A DNA stretch of 64,000 nucleotides from Leucoraja erinacea. Lineage: Eukaryota. The position numbers and the translations under genes were made by a program. The notes beneath the pieces are model-generated. The model ran no database searches. It was given only the letters and a program-made list of their open reading frames with translations, and was not told the DNA's origin. Positions 1-12,175 of the stretch are shown one piece after another (position 1 is the stretch's first letter; every line of letters begins with the position of its first letter). Where the stretch lies: positions 18,042,001 to 18,106,000 of the forward strand of contig NC_073399.1 in the NCBI RefSeq assembly GCF_028641065.1. The letters run 5' to 3'.

Positions 1-239
1 ATCAATGAGAGAAGAGAAATACATGTTTTGACTTTGCAGTAATGTTTCCTATAACTTAAAGAAAGCATTTGATTATGTATTAGCTCCAACCCTAGAATCG
101 ATCATTTTGATGATTTGCATTTACCTCGACAATGTAATAAGCAAACTCAAATGTACCATATTTTTACATCAATGAAATAAAACATCAGATAGAAGTTGGG
201 ACGGTTCTGGTGGTAGGGCAATGGTGGAGAGAGCTGGCA

Positions 240-1050
240 GCCTCGAATTCCTGAGCGCCTCAGATGACTTGTTCCGAGCCCAACAAATGCAATCACAAAG
301 GTGGTGTGCCAGCGCTTCTACTTTTTCCAGAGGTTTAAAGAGATTTGCTACATCTCCGAATGCTCGAACAAACTTTCATAGATGTACTGTAGGAAGTTTC
401 CTGACTGGTTATACCGTGGCTTGCTAGGGTCATTCCATTACACAGGAATGCAAGAGGCTGAGGAGAATGGTGAACTCAGCCAGTTCATCACAGGCACAGC
501 CATCCTCTCCATTGAAAGCATCTTCAAGAGCTATTACCTTAAGGCAGCAGCAACTATCGTCAAGAATTCCTACCATCTGAAAAATTCAATGATACTTTAT
601 TGTCACATGTACCTAGGTATAGAGAAATTATTTGTTTTGCATACAATCCGGTAAAATCACACAGCAGACCTTACCTAGCCAGTACACAAAAAGTCGCCAA
701 GTTTCTGTCGCTAACAAGGTTACAAGAAGTTCAGTCTAATCTTCACTGCCATCTTCGGACGGGAGATACAAAAGCCAATAGACCACAGGGTTCAGGGACA
801 GTTACTTTCCTACAACTATCAGGTTCTTGAACCAACCGACACAACCCTAACCCAATCTTGACAACAGAACACTACACTGCGAAGGATTTATGTTTTTGCA
901 CAATCATCTTGGATTATTTTGTAGTCTTTTAGAATTTTGTGTGATTTATGTTGAAATGTTTGTGTGTGTGTTAAGTCTATGGTACCGTGCTGCTGCTGCT
1001 GCAACCAATAATTTTCATTGTATCTGTACTTCACAATGCTCGTGCATATG
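240..1050 (+). mobile_element. Degenerate Rex1/Babar-type LINE 3' fragment, interrupted by a second short repeat at about 580-750
   Basis: Broken frames read ...TNFHRCTVGSFLTG... and ...SQFITGTAILSIESIF..., typical of the Rex/Babar ORF C-terminus; boundaries approximate. Confidence 0.6.
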
Positions 1051-1406
1051 ACAACAGATTTGAACATGAAATTAGGAAAGAATCCAGACTTTTTCTCCAC
1101 AATGAGTAATGACATGTAATTCCAGAATGTCCCATGACTAACAATAAAGCGTGTATAAATAGAATAAACTGGAAGATAAAACACATCCTGAAAGCATTGG
1201 GAATGTCTTCAGACTCTTAGATAACTAGAATTACACCAGATGTGAATTGTATTCATTTTGAAAACCTCTGGAGTAGTGCTGTCAGTAATTCCACTATCAA
1301 AGAGCTGGCATTACTAATTAAGTAAATAGCATTTTCAAACAGTCAGCACCCAATAAATGGGAGTTATTTACTCCATACCCCAGGTATATAAAACAATACA
1401 GTGTAC

Positions 1407-1496
1407 CTTGAAGCACAAGACTTTGTCCAGAGACCTGTAGCCTCGGTTGAATTTTGTCTCCCGGTTCAAAGGATACTGAGAGAACGTGTCCGTTTC
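1407..1496 (-). CDS. CPSF4L: CPSF4-like exon 7 (ETDTFSQYPLNRETKFNRGYRSLDKVLCFK), start of the C-terminal zinc knuckle
   Basis: ttgttttcctgcag| acceptor and AAG|gtacac donor, 90 nt, phase 0-0; RSLDKVLCFK aligns with CPSF4 RPLEQVTCYK; the final exon (CGEKGH...) was not found in the window. Confidence 0.8.
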
Positions 1497-1719
1497 CTGC
1501 AGGAAAACAACTTCTGACTTTATTGTTGGATTAACTAATCCATTTTACGTGAATTATTAGAAGTCACATGGTTAGCATTGTACTATGATTAGTGATCAAT
1601 GATTGATGTTACAAACTCAGATTCAAACCAATAATCTCATTGAAGTCCTATAGAATTCACGATACAAAATGAAACCATCATCCACTGGTGCACCTTTCTA
1701 ATCATTTCCATTATTTAAG

Positions 1720-3095
1720 TCTGAAGGGCAAAGCAGGTAGGAGTAACAAAGCCTGGATGAGGAGAGAAATTGAGGCTTTGGTCAGGAAAAAGGAGGCATG
1801 GATGGAGTTGCAGAAAATGGACATGGTCCTCAATTGGCATTTCTCCTCTGTTTTTACTGCAGAGAAAGACATGAAGATGAGGGAACTTGGGAAAGTTCAG
1901 TTTAGTTTAGAGATACAGTGCGGAAACAGGCCCTTCGGCCCAACGGGTCTGCACCGAACAGCAATCCCTGCATATTAACACTATCCTGTGCACATTAGGG
2001 ACAATTTTTACATTTACCAAGCCAATTAACCTACAAACCTGTACGTCTTTGTAGTATGAGAGGAAACGGAAGATCTTGGCGAAAACCCAAGCAGGTCATG
2101 GGGAGAATGTACAAACTCCGTACAAACAGCAACCGTAGTTGAGATCGAACCCGGGTCTCCGGCGCTGTGAGAACTGTAAGGCAGCAACTCTACCGCTGCG
2201 CCACCCTAAAGCTAATGGGTGATGTCATGAGGACAGTCTATATTACAACCGAGGAAGTGCTGGATGTTATAAAAATATGAAGGTAGATAAATCCCCCAGC
2301 CTGAACATGTATATCCAAGGGCACTGTGGAAAACGAGAGAAGAAACTGCAGGAGTCCTGGCTGAGGTATACAAATTATCATTGAGGTGCCAGAAAACTGG
2401 AGTGTGGTTAATATTGAAGATAGACACAAAATGCCTAACTCAGCAGGACAGGCAGCATCTCTGGAAAGAAAGAATGAGTGACGTTTCTGGTCGTGACCCT
2501 TCTTCATATTACTATTTTAAAAAAGGCTGCAAAGAAAAAGCTGGGAACTATGGACAAGTAAACCTAACATGCGAGGCTGGATAGGTACTGGAGAGGAATC
2601 AGAGGGATAAGATATACATGCATTTAGAAACACAAGGGTTGATTGGGCATAGTCAGCGTGGTTTTGTGCATCGGAGATCATATCCCACAAATTTGGTTGT
2701 GTGTTTTTAAAGATGTAACCAAGGTGGTTGATTAGGGCAGGACCATAAACATAGATTATATGTACTTCAACAAGACCTTTAATAAGGTTCCGCATTGTAG
2801 GTTGCTCTGGAAGGTTAGATTACATGGATTCCAGAGAGAGTAAGCTAACTGGATACAAAATTGGCTTTGTAATGGGAAGCAGAAGGTAGTGGTGGAAGAT
2901 TGTATTTCCGACTGAAGGCCCTTGACTAGTAGTATACCGCAGGGATTGATGCCGAGCCCATTGCTGTTCGTCACCTATTTGAACAATATAGATGAGAATG
3001 TACAAGGCATGAATGGTCAGTTTGCAGATGAGACTAAAATAGGTGGTATCATAGACAATGCAAATGATCAACAAGAATTACAGAAGGATCTTAAG
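1720..3095 (+). mobile_element. Old fragmented CR1/HER1 LINE ORF2 with SINE and Penelope-type inserts
   Basis: Frames with FKKGCKEKAGNY, IPQGLMPSPLLFVTYLN and FADETKIGG (CR1 RT motifs) containing many stops. Confidence 0.75.
1897..2206 (-). mobile_element. tRNA-derived V-SINE (HE1-like)
   Basis: Reverse complement starts GGTGGCGCAGCGGTAGAG (A box), carries GGTTCGATC (B box) and ends in a (TAAAC)n tail. Confidence 0.85.
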
Positions 3096-4152
3096 GATGT
3101 ACAAAGCCAATTTTGAAGAGCTGGAAATCATGATGAGCTGACCTGATGAAGCACTCCAACATTTTCTGATTTGATTTTATATTTTGGGATGTGTGCCTTT
3201 ATGACTAAAGCACAGGCAAATAGGACCAATGGGGCATCTTGGTCAGCATGGAGAAGTTGGGCCGAAGGGCCCGTTTCGTGACCCTGTGACTCTGTTTCTT
3301 CCAGCGGCAGAATATTACTTTTGTAGTTTTTTAAATTCTCAATACGATAGGTGAATATTCATGACTGGTTGCTGGCATTGAATGTGGAATATTATTAAAT
3401 GCCAGTTGGAATCAACTTAAGTACTGGTTCTGGAATGGAAGGTGTTACTACAAGTAGCCAGTACGCTTATGTGTACTTAATATTAGCAAAGATGAAATTT
3501 CCCTCCCCATCACATTTCCAATTGAGGCAGTTGCCATTTTTCTATTGCCATCTGTTTATTTTAAATGCAGTGCAAAGAACAGAATGGACATCATTGATTG
3601 AGGTGCCTGTGATATAATTAAATGCAAAGTTGAATTATGTTGCAGTCTGAGGTAATCGAAGTGGGACATTTGTACAAGAGTGAAATTAGAAAGAATTTAA
3701 AATGTTCCACATTAAGATAGAAAACATAAATTTAAAAACTAGTAAGGCTTCATTATAAAACACATTAGAGATAGTGATAAATGCTCTGAAATAGTCTGCC
3801 AGGCTAGGAGAAGCTGCTGGCTCCTGTCTTTGACTTTTATGTGCATAACAAATGAATATTCCATGAAATTAATAGCTAATATATTTACTCTTCACAGTTT
3901 TATGTACACTTAACTATGAAGAACATTTAGCCATTAGGACATCACTATTAATCATCCCAAAATAACATTACTAGCTCATGTTTTCTGCAAATCCTGCAGC
4001 CTAATATTTAATTAATTTCATTCTTGGGTTGATTGTATTAATGATTTAATAGTCAAGCCCTTAACCTGATTTGAGTATTAATCACAAGCACTCTAACTGA
4101 TATTAGTAAAGGTACTTCACTTATTTTAAAGGAATATATTTTTAATACCTAC

Positions 4153-4180
4153 CTTTGATTCAGTAAATTTATTATTTGGG
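4153..4180 (-). CDS. CPSF4L: CPSF4-like exon 6, 28-nt microexon (H-PNNKFTESK)
   Basis: ttttttcctag| acceptor and AAG|gtaggt donor; phase 2-0 bridges exon 5 (ends phase 2) to exon 7 (starts phase 0) exactly. Confidence 0.7.
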
Positions 4181-4299
4181 CTAGGAAAAAATATAGAAAA
4201 TATAGAAAGTGAGCATGATTGTTACACAGAATCATTTTTTCCCTCACTTCTCCTTCCCAGAATTCTCTTACTTTGGCAAATTGAACAATTTCCTAATCT

Positions 4300-4670
4300 G
4301 ACAATAGACAATAGATGCAGGAGTAGGCCATTCGGCCCTTCGAGCCAGCACCGCCATTCAATGTGATCATGGCTGATCATCCCCAATCAGTACCCCCTTC
4401 CTGCCTTCTCCCCATATCCCCTGACTCCGCTATTTTTTAAGAGCCCTATCTAGCTCTCTCTTGAAAGCATCCAGAGGACCCGCCTCCACGCCCTCTGAGG
4501 CAGAGAATTCCACAGATTCACCACTCTCTGTGAGAAAAAGTGTTTCCTCGTTTCCGTTCTAAATGGTTTACTCCTTATTCTTAAACTGTGGCCCCTGGTT
4601 CTGGACTCCCCCAACATCAGGAACATGTTTCCTGCCTCTAGCATGTCCAAGCCCATAGCAATCTTATCTG
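4300..4670 (-). mobile_element. CR1/HER1 LINE 3' fragment
   Basis: ESRTRGHSLRIRSKPFRTE...FFSQRVVNLWNSLPQ plus a (ctattgt)n tail. Confidence 0.85.
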
Positions 4671-5518
4671 CTTCAAACTTCATGCTGCTTTCAACAGTTG
4701 AAGGAATAGGGGGGATGAGACGGTGATTTGGGAGTGGGTATGTACATTCCAATAATTATTGGAGCTAAAAAGTCTATCTGAATATGCAAAGTTTTAATTT
4801 TTATTCATAAGATCATGTGATAGTAGAATTAGGCCATTCAGTCCACTAAGTCTATTCTGCCATTCAATCATTGCTGATCTGTCTCTCCCTCCTAACCCCA
4901 TTCTCCTGCCTTCTCCCCATAACCTCTGACACTCACACTAATTAAGAATCTATCTCTGCCTTAAATATATCCATTGATTTTACCTCCACAGCCTTCTGTG
5001 GTAAAGAATTCCACAGATTCACCACCCTCTGACTAAAAGCATTTCTCCTCATCTTCTTCCGAAAAGAAAAATTATTGACAGTAAAAGTCTGAAGAAGGGT
5101 CTCAACCTGAAACTTCACCTATCCATGCCTGACCTGCCGCATTACCCCAACAATTTGCATCCTTTTATGTATCAACCAGCATTTGCAGCTCATTCTTTCT
5201 ATTCAATAATATCAAATTTCATTCTCTCAAAATTCAGTGAATTTAGGCCAATCTTACTCTCTTTTACAAGACAAGTTTCTCCATCCTGGAATAAATGTAG
5301 GGGACCCATGTTGCCCTGATTCAAAGGTAAATATATCTTGGATGGAGACCAACATTGCATACAGGTCTCCAGAATAAAACTCTCAACAAACCCCTGTCTG
5401 ACTTCAAACTTTTTAACCTTTGTTCTTCACTCCATTTTTAATAAAGGCCATCATATTATTTGGTGTTACAAGAAGCCAAGCGGACGGAATTTTATTCAGT
5501 ATCACTCTATATACCTAC

Positions 5519-5612
5519 TGTGAAAAATTACATCCTGTTCCTTCAGGACAGAAGCCGACAAGGTAATTCACACACATGACCTTCTTGGTGTGTTTATTCT
5601 TGCACAGAGGGC
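5519..5612 (-). CDS. CPSF4L: CPSF4-like exon 5 (end of ZF4 and ZF5: G-PLCKNKHTKKVMCVNYLVGFCPEGTGCNFSH)
   Basis: gtgacag| and CA|gtaggt, 94 nt, phase 1-2; CVNYLVGFCPEG is identical to CPSF30 ZF5. Confidence 0.92.
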
Positions 5613-5919
5613 CTGTCACAGAGACAAAAAAAAAAAAAGTAGAGTCCCGTATATTGATTTATTGTGACATTGGATTTTTTTTTAGAATTTAAATTCAGCA
5701 CATTTATTGAAATATTTTGTCAATTTCTACGTGAAACACTTTATCCCTTGGTTTACTGTAATGGACATTGAATAAACTACAAGAAAATACAGATGACAGG
5801 TTTTTTATTGAAGACAGGACAATGTATCAGTTCAAGAGTTCTCTGACAGACAGATGTTCTCTTCACAATCAGAGAATTTAGTCTGTCAGAAAACCAGAAA
5901 ATAAAATTAGTTCTGATGG

Positions 5920-6200
5920 TGGACAGCAGCGCAGTGGTAGAGTTGCTGCCTTACAGCCCCTGACGATGGATGCTGTCTGTGCGAAATTTGTACGTTCTCC
6001 CTGTGCCTCGTGTGAGTTTTCTCCGGGTGCTCTGGTTTTCTCCCATATTCCAAAGACATATAGGTTTGTAGGTTAATTGGCTTCAGTATAAAAAAGAAAA
6101 ATGGTAAATTGTCCCAAGTGTGTAGGATGATATTAAGTGTGTGCGGGAATCTCTGGTTGGCACAGACTCAGTGGGCCGAAGGGCCCGTTTCTAAACTAAA
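5920..6200 (+). mobile_element. V-SINE (HE1-like)
   Basis: tRNA-like head, conserved V-domain (ttctccgggtgctctggttttctccca) and ctaaactaaa tail. Confidence 0.8.
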
Positions 6201-6317
6201 AATCTAACACTGCAATTTTCTGGCTAGTGTTTGGTTTTTACAAAGAACTTTATATTTCAATTCTTACTGTGAGAAAATGCATACAGTATTGACAATAAAG
6301 GAAGGCAAAGTGATTAC

Positions 6318-6413
6318 CATTTTTACAGAATCCTTGGCCATACAATGGGCAGTCGTGAATTTTCACCTCTGAATCAATGTGCAGGAAAGGGCACTCTCTT
6401 TTACTGCATTCCC
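6318..6413 (-). CDS. CPSF4L: CPSF4-like exon 4 (G-ECSKRECPFLHIDSEVKIHDCPLYGQGFCKN)
   Basis: ttttgcag| and G|gtaatc, 96 nt, phase 1-1; aligns with CPSF30 ECSNKECPFLHIDPESKIKDCPWYDRGFCKHG. Confidence 0.92.
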
Positions 6414-6438
6414 CTGCAAAACAATGAAATTATAATAT

Positions 6439-6653
6439 TGGAAATGAGACATTACACACGTGTAACTTTCTAATAGTCTTTAATAAGGATACAGAGTTAA
6501 ACGATACATGAGTAGTCACTGACTCCAGTCTGCTACTGTACTGCGCAGAAGGAGAAGCAGGCGTTATTATAAATGATACCTAAGGCGGGGTTAGTAGTAC
6601 TGAGGTAGCTATATGATTGGTTGCATGCATAAAGCATGCATAAACCATCTACA
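6439..6653 (-). mobile_element. Probable solo LTR (about 215 bp)
   Basis: TG...CA ends; flanks aatat/gatat (5-bp TSD with 1 mismatch); CCAAT, TATA-like and ATTAAA in that order on the minus strand; resembles the copy at 18192-18401. Confidence 0.55.
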
Positions 6654-7070
6654 GATATCTCAGCTTTTTGCTATTTAAATACTATATACTATTAAGAACA
6701 GAAAGAAAATAATGTGGACTGAAGCTTGAAATCAAACAGAAAATGTTGGGATTCATAGCATTTAAGGCAGCATCCATGGAGGGAAAATTGGTATAGTATC
6801 ATCTATTTGACTAAAAGTCTCATCTTGACCACTTCCTGTCTGTGCTGTATATTGATTTTAGAAAAAACGCTACCCTATATCGCTATGACTTTTGGCCATC
6901 TTACTCACAGTCCTCCTCCGCTGAGGCAGCCCTGAGGACTTTGCCGATCGATAAAAAATAAAAAAGTTATGAATGTTTTAAAAATCTTGAGATCAGCTGA
7001 TTTGTCCTCTCGCCTTTCAATCACCATGATGAAGGTAACCCCTTCTGGAGGGGGGCCAGGAGTATAAAGT

Positions 7071-7320
7071 CCAAATGGTATGAAATTGCATTTGAATTTG
7101 GTGGCCTGCACTCTGCTTGAAATGGTATGGAATTGCATTTGAATATGGTGGCCTACACTCTTGCTTGAAATAGTATGAAAGTGCATTTGAATTTGGTGGC
7201 CTGCATTCTGCTTGAAATGGTATGGAATTGCATTTGAATATGGTGGCCTACACTCTTGCTTGAAATAGTATGAAATTGCATTTGAATTTGATGGCCTGCA
7301 CGCTGCTTGAAATGGAATTT
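7071..7320. repeat. Tandem repeat of about 47-48 bp, about 5 copies (gaaatggtatgaaattgcatttgaatttggtggcctgcactctgctt)
   Basis: Seen directly. Confidence 0.9.
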
Positions 7321-7931
7321 CAAGGAATAGTCGCGAGTGAACTTCCAGCTCACCAGACGCGAGTCAATCAACTGTCAACCCACCAGCCGTGAGTCAATCA
7401 ACTGCCAGCCCAATAGCCCAACTTTCAGTCAACTGCCAGCTCAGCAGCCGTAAGTGAGTGTACTGCTAGCCCACCAGCCATGAGAGAGTGAGTGAACTGC
7501 CAACCAACCAGCTGTGAGTGAGTGAACTGCCAGCCACCTTTGGCCTACCTGAAACCACTCATTTCGGCCCACAAGGCCCCTATTAGCCCAGAAACCAGTC
7601 CCTTTTGCCCAAAATGCCCCCTATTAGCCCAGGGGGAGCATTTTGGCCCGAAAGCCCTGTGCCAGGCCAGGAAAAGTCCACAAAAAGTGCCTTTCACCGA
7701 GATTTCACAGATTTTTCAAGTCCATTCGACCCATCAGGCATGTACTAGCCCTGGAGGAGTCTCTTCAGCCCATCAGTAAGTATTCCCTCTGTAAGTATTA
7801 AACCTCACCCCGGTATTTTTCTCCCTCCCTTCATTGGCTCCCAGTGAGATCCAGGCCAGGATAAACTTTCCTCCTCCATTGTTGTGATCTGTAGAAAAAG
7901 ATGAAAAATGTCTAAAATTTATTCTAAGTTT

Positions 7932-8187
7932 CTGAGCTGCCAGCCCACCAGCCCTGAGTGACTGATCTGCCAGCCCACCAGCCCTGACTAACTGAGTTGC
8001 CAGCCCACCAGCCCTGAATGACAGAGCTGTCAGCCCACCAGGCCTGAGTGACTGATCTGCCAGCCCACCAGCCCTGACTAACTGAGTTGCCAGCCCACCA
8101 GCCCTGAATGACAGAGCTGTCAGCCCACCAGGCCTGAGTGACTGAGCTGCCAGCCTACTAGGCCTGAGTGACTGAGCTGCCAGCCCA
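7932..8187. repeat. 30-bp tandem repeat, about 8 copies (gctgccagcccaccagccctgagtgactga), with a 90-bp higher-order repeat; related units at about 7340-7540
   Basis: Seen directly. Confidence 0.9.
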
Positions 8188-8669
8188 AGAATCCCATGGG
8201 TCCCACTTTAGTCTAGTTTTATATCAGATGTCACCTGATAGTTTCATATCAGATGTCAGTTTGGGGATGTAATGGATGACTACTGCTGGCCCTGAACCTA
8301 GTTCCTAATTTTAGGTAGGAGTTCTTGGAAATATTAGAAAAAAAAATTAAGACATATTGGTCCTTCGATATGAGCATATTATGGTCCTTGCATGTTTTTT
8401 TATCTGCACTCTTCCTGTAACACGATGTTCCACACTCTCTTTCCTTTCGCTTTTTGAACTGCCTTTGTACTCATGTATCATATGGTCTGCCTGGATAACG
8501 TGCAAAAACGAAATTTACCACTGTATGTTGGTGCACAGGACAATCATAAATCAATATCAAGAGAACTGTGATGTTGGTGGCACCAACATTTCATTCTTTA
8601 TCCTCGTATCCACGGTTAATTTTGTCTTGATTTGAACTGCAATGTTCCATACTTTCAGTCAGTAGACCA

Positions 8670-9850
8670 AACGAGACAACAAATTATCTGCTGGAGGAAC
8701 TCAGTGGGTCGGGCATCATCTTTGTAGCAGGAATGAATTATCAGCATTTCAGGTTGCAACCTTATCAGGAGGGGAGAGGGAGGGTAGCCAGTACAAAGAG
8801 CAGCGAGGGAGTTGTGAGACAGGGGCCTGTTGGCGGCTGGTGAACCGAGGGGGGGGGGGGGGGTGAAGGGTGATGGAAGATGGAGACGTGCAGAGGCGGG
8901 GAGGGCAAACATGGAAACATCTGGAAGGAGATAAGCAGGAACACACAGCTGGAATCTGATAAGCAAGGTAGATATTGTCCACGGGTGAACATCTGGGAAG
9001 ATCAGCGGGGAGGTGGACTCTACTTTGGTTCCTTCCCTCACAGGGGGGAACTTTTGTGCCGCTGTGGGGATGTTTGTGTCGTGGTCTTCTGTGTTTTGTG
9101 CTTTTTTTTAATTTCTACGACTGTAAGGAAAAGTGCATTTTGTTGTCTCTTATGAGACAATGACAATAAATTGAATCCAATCCAATCCAATATTGATGGG
9201 AACTATTAGGTGAGATGTGAAAGGCACTTGGTAAAAAGTATGGGCTATAGATGGATGCCATGGGCAGTGGGTGGGGCGAGGCAGTGTGACAAGAGAAAGA
9301 GATGTAGGGGAGGGAGGGGGACACAGGAACTCAGGAGCAAAGGGTTACCTGGAATTGGAAAGTTCAATGCTCATACCATTGGGTTGGTAGTTACGTTTCA
9401 CCTCTTGCAGAATACGAGGCATTGTTCCTATATTTTGCATTGGCTTCATGTTGGCATTGGAGAGGGCCGAGGATGGACAGGTCAGTGTAGGAATGGGAAG
9501 AGGAGTTGAAATAGGCTGCGACCAGGTGCTCAGGATGGGCTTTGCAGATGGAATCTGCAAGCTGGTTGCTTGGTCTACACTTGATCTCACTATGTAGAAG
9601 AGGCCACATCGAGAGCACCAAAATGCAGCAGACAGGTTTGGAAGAGTTGCATGTGCACTTGCCTCAACTGGAAGGACTGTTTAAGTCCCTGGATGGTGGT
9701 GAGGAAAGAGGTACAAGAATAAGTGTTGCATCTCCTGTGAGTGCAGGGACAAGTGCCAGGGTCAGGGAAGGGTGGGTGGGGATGGATGAGTGGACCAGGA
9801 ATCACTGGATGGTGGGATCTCATGCTACAGGCTGGACCCAACGAGACGCT
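8670..9850 (-). mobile_element. Degenerate Penelope-like element 3' part (GIY-YIG region and pLTR)
   Basis: PGTCPCTHRRCNTYSCTSFLTTIQGLKQSFQLRQ resembles the PLE linker/GIY-YIG region at 20919-21302. Confidence 0.65.
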
Positions 9851-9970
9851 TAGAAACACCTCTTTTTAAAAATAACACCATACTTTAATTATGAAAATCT
9901 CTACCCTCAACACTTGAAGCCAGTTGTCATACCTAAAAGTTACTCAAAGTATCAAGGGTAGAAATTTATA

Positions 9971-10673
9971 CAGGTCCACCACCGATTATCTGCTTTTTGC
10001 CCAACCAACAGAGGTCATGGCCTCTGAGAAGAGTTGAACGGTGCCCAGAATGTTCTTCCTAAGCTGCCGGGGGGGGGGGGGGGAGTCAGCTTTGGGGACG
10101 GATCTGAGCCCTGGCTGCAGGGGGTAAATTGGACCCGCCAATCGGAAGTCATAGAAACATAGAAAATAGGTGCAGGAGTAGGCCATTCGGCCCTTTGAGC
10201 CTGCACCGCCATTCAATATGATCATGGCTGATCATCCAACTCAGTATCCTGTACCTGCCTTCTCTCCATACCCCCCCGATCCCTTTAGCCACAAGGGCCA
10301 CATCTAACTCCCTCTTAAATATAGCCAATGAACTGGCCTCAACTACCTTCTGTGGCAGAGAATTCCAGAGATTCACCACACTCTGTGTGAAAAATGGTTT
10401 CCTCATCTCGGTCCTAAAAGATTTCCCCCTTATCCTTAAACTGTGACCCCTTGTTCTGGACTTCCCCAACATCGGGAACAATCTTCCTGCATCTAGCCTG
10501 TCCAACCTCTTAAGTCAGGCCGCAGAAGTCCTTATGGGGTCGAGATCCACCACCTCACCCGGCCTAGGCGTCTCATTTTCGGAGGGACTTCCAGGAGGGA
10601 TTTCAAGTGCTCTCTTATCTGGATTAAAGGAGGTACTGGACCATCGTTTTTCAGATAATCAGTGGTGGATCTG
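9971..10673. mobile_element. Tc1/mariner (Tigger-like) MITE carrying a nested CR1 fragment
   Basis: 22-bp TIRs caggtccaccaccgattatctg / cagataatcagtggtggatctg (2 mismatches) flanked by TA on both sides. Confidence 0.8.
10152..10511 (-). mobile_element. Young CR1/HER1 3' fragment inserted in the MITE
   Basis: DRLDAGRLFPMLGKSRTRGHSLRIRG...; aagtca duplicated at 10146-10151 and 10512-10517. Confidence 0.9.
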
Positions 10674-10703
10674 TATTTGTACATCCATAAACATAAAGCT
10701 CAC

Positions 10704-10856
10704 CGTAATTTGAATAGAAGAAGCAGCGTGGCATTTTTGTCATGTCATATTCGTGCAAAAACTCACACTGATCCCCCATAGTGCACAGACCTCGGAGCCA
10801 GTGTTTGCACACGACAGACTTCGCACCATAGGTGTGGCGTAATGGGCACAAATTAT
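10704..10856 (-). CDS. CPSF4L: CPSF4-like exon 3 (D-NLCPLRHTYGAKSVVCKHWLRGLCTMGDQCEFLHEYDMTKMPRCFFYSNY)
   Basis: gttacag| and G|gtgagc, 153 nt, phase 1-1; VVCKHWLRGLC..GDQCEFLHEYDMTKMP is the CPSF30 ZF2 signature. Confidence 0.95.
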
Positions 10857-12175
10857 CTGTAACAATCAAGAGGGCAGTGTTACTGACAACTACAGCACGG
10901 CCGGTAAAGTACAGATATACTGGGAATCTGTACAGGCAGAAGGTGGTAGGTAAAGGAACCCGGGTTAGTTTGGAGCGAGGTTACCAAAAGGTGGACATCA
11001 CAAAATGCTCCAAAACCATCGAATAAATTAGATAAAACACACACTAGTTGGCGTTTACATAAAACATTGCTGGCAATGTCTTCTTTAGGGGGTAGGCTGT
11101 TTCTGATATCTACATGAACGCAAACCTAATTTTTTACTTAATCCAGCATTATGAAGAAATCAGAATGATCATTGCCCAGTATTCTGATTTACAAATGGAT
11201 TCACATATTGAACAGCAAAGGCTTCAGTTCTCATAAGGTAACAAGTTAACAATATACACAACATGTACAATCTGCATGTTCAACATCCATTGCCAGGATT
11301 GTTCATGCAGGCTCACTGATGATAACTATTTATTTTATGATAATTGACAATTTTCAGCTGCAGCAATGACATAAGATGCCTTCAATCACTAATTCAGTCT
11401 GGGATGTATCTAGCAGGTTTGAACAATGGGAGAATGCAAAAAAATCATTAAAAATAAAAGAAATAAGTTATTTACAGAAATAAATTGGCCAAGATGGTTA
11501 AACAATTGAATAGGTCTTCTAGCATTAACCTAGTATCAGTTACACTGAGTGAAAATAGATACTATTTTACGATGCAGCATTGAACAAGGGAGTTAAGAGA
11601 GTCAAGAGATTTTTATTGTCATATGTACACAAACGGAACAATGAAATTCTACATAGAAACAAAGAACTGCAGATGTTGGTTTATACCAAAGATAGGCACA
11701 AAGTGCTGGAGTAATTTAGCAGGTCAGGGATGTATCTCTGGCAAAAAGTAATGGGTGACATTTCAGGTCGGAACCCTTCTTCAGACTGAAAGTGGGGAAT
11801 TGGTTGAAATTTAGAATTTAAATATTTCCCAACTCTCATTTTAAACACTGCTTATTGCCTACAGTCAAATGACCTTGGTAAACAAACCACCAAGTAATCT
11901 TCAATGTAAAAATTTCAAACAACATGAGAGTGAACACTGACAAAATGGCCTGGCAGAAATTAAACCTTGTTTGAGTTGCACCAGTCACATCTTCAGTCCT
12001 TCTTATAGTACATGATCAATGTTCACCATACAGGTAATGTACTGTTGACAGTGCAGAGCACACCACACTGCAGCCCAGGAATATTTCCATTCAAGAGCTC
12101 ACCATGTATTTCAAGAATCCCTATTTGCAAGCAAAAAAGTTATATTCTGGGATCTTGAATCAAGTGGTATCTTAC

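Larger units (their letters stand above)
6802..8216 (+). mobile_element. Non-autonomous Helitron-like element with internal minisatellites
   Basis: Inserted between A (6801) and T (8217); begins TC and ends CTAG; short subterminal palindrome cccatggg (8193-8200); no TSD. Confidence 0.7.

Noticed and set aside
7071-8187. Regular repeats resembling a CRISPR array
   Set aside because: No unique spacers, eukaryotic context; these are minisatellites inside a Helitron-like element
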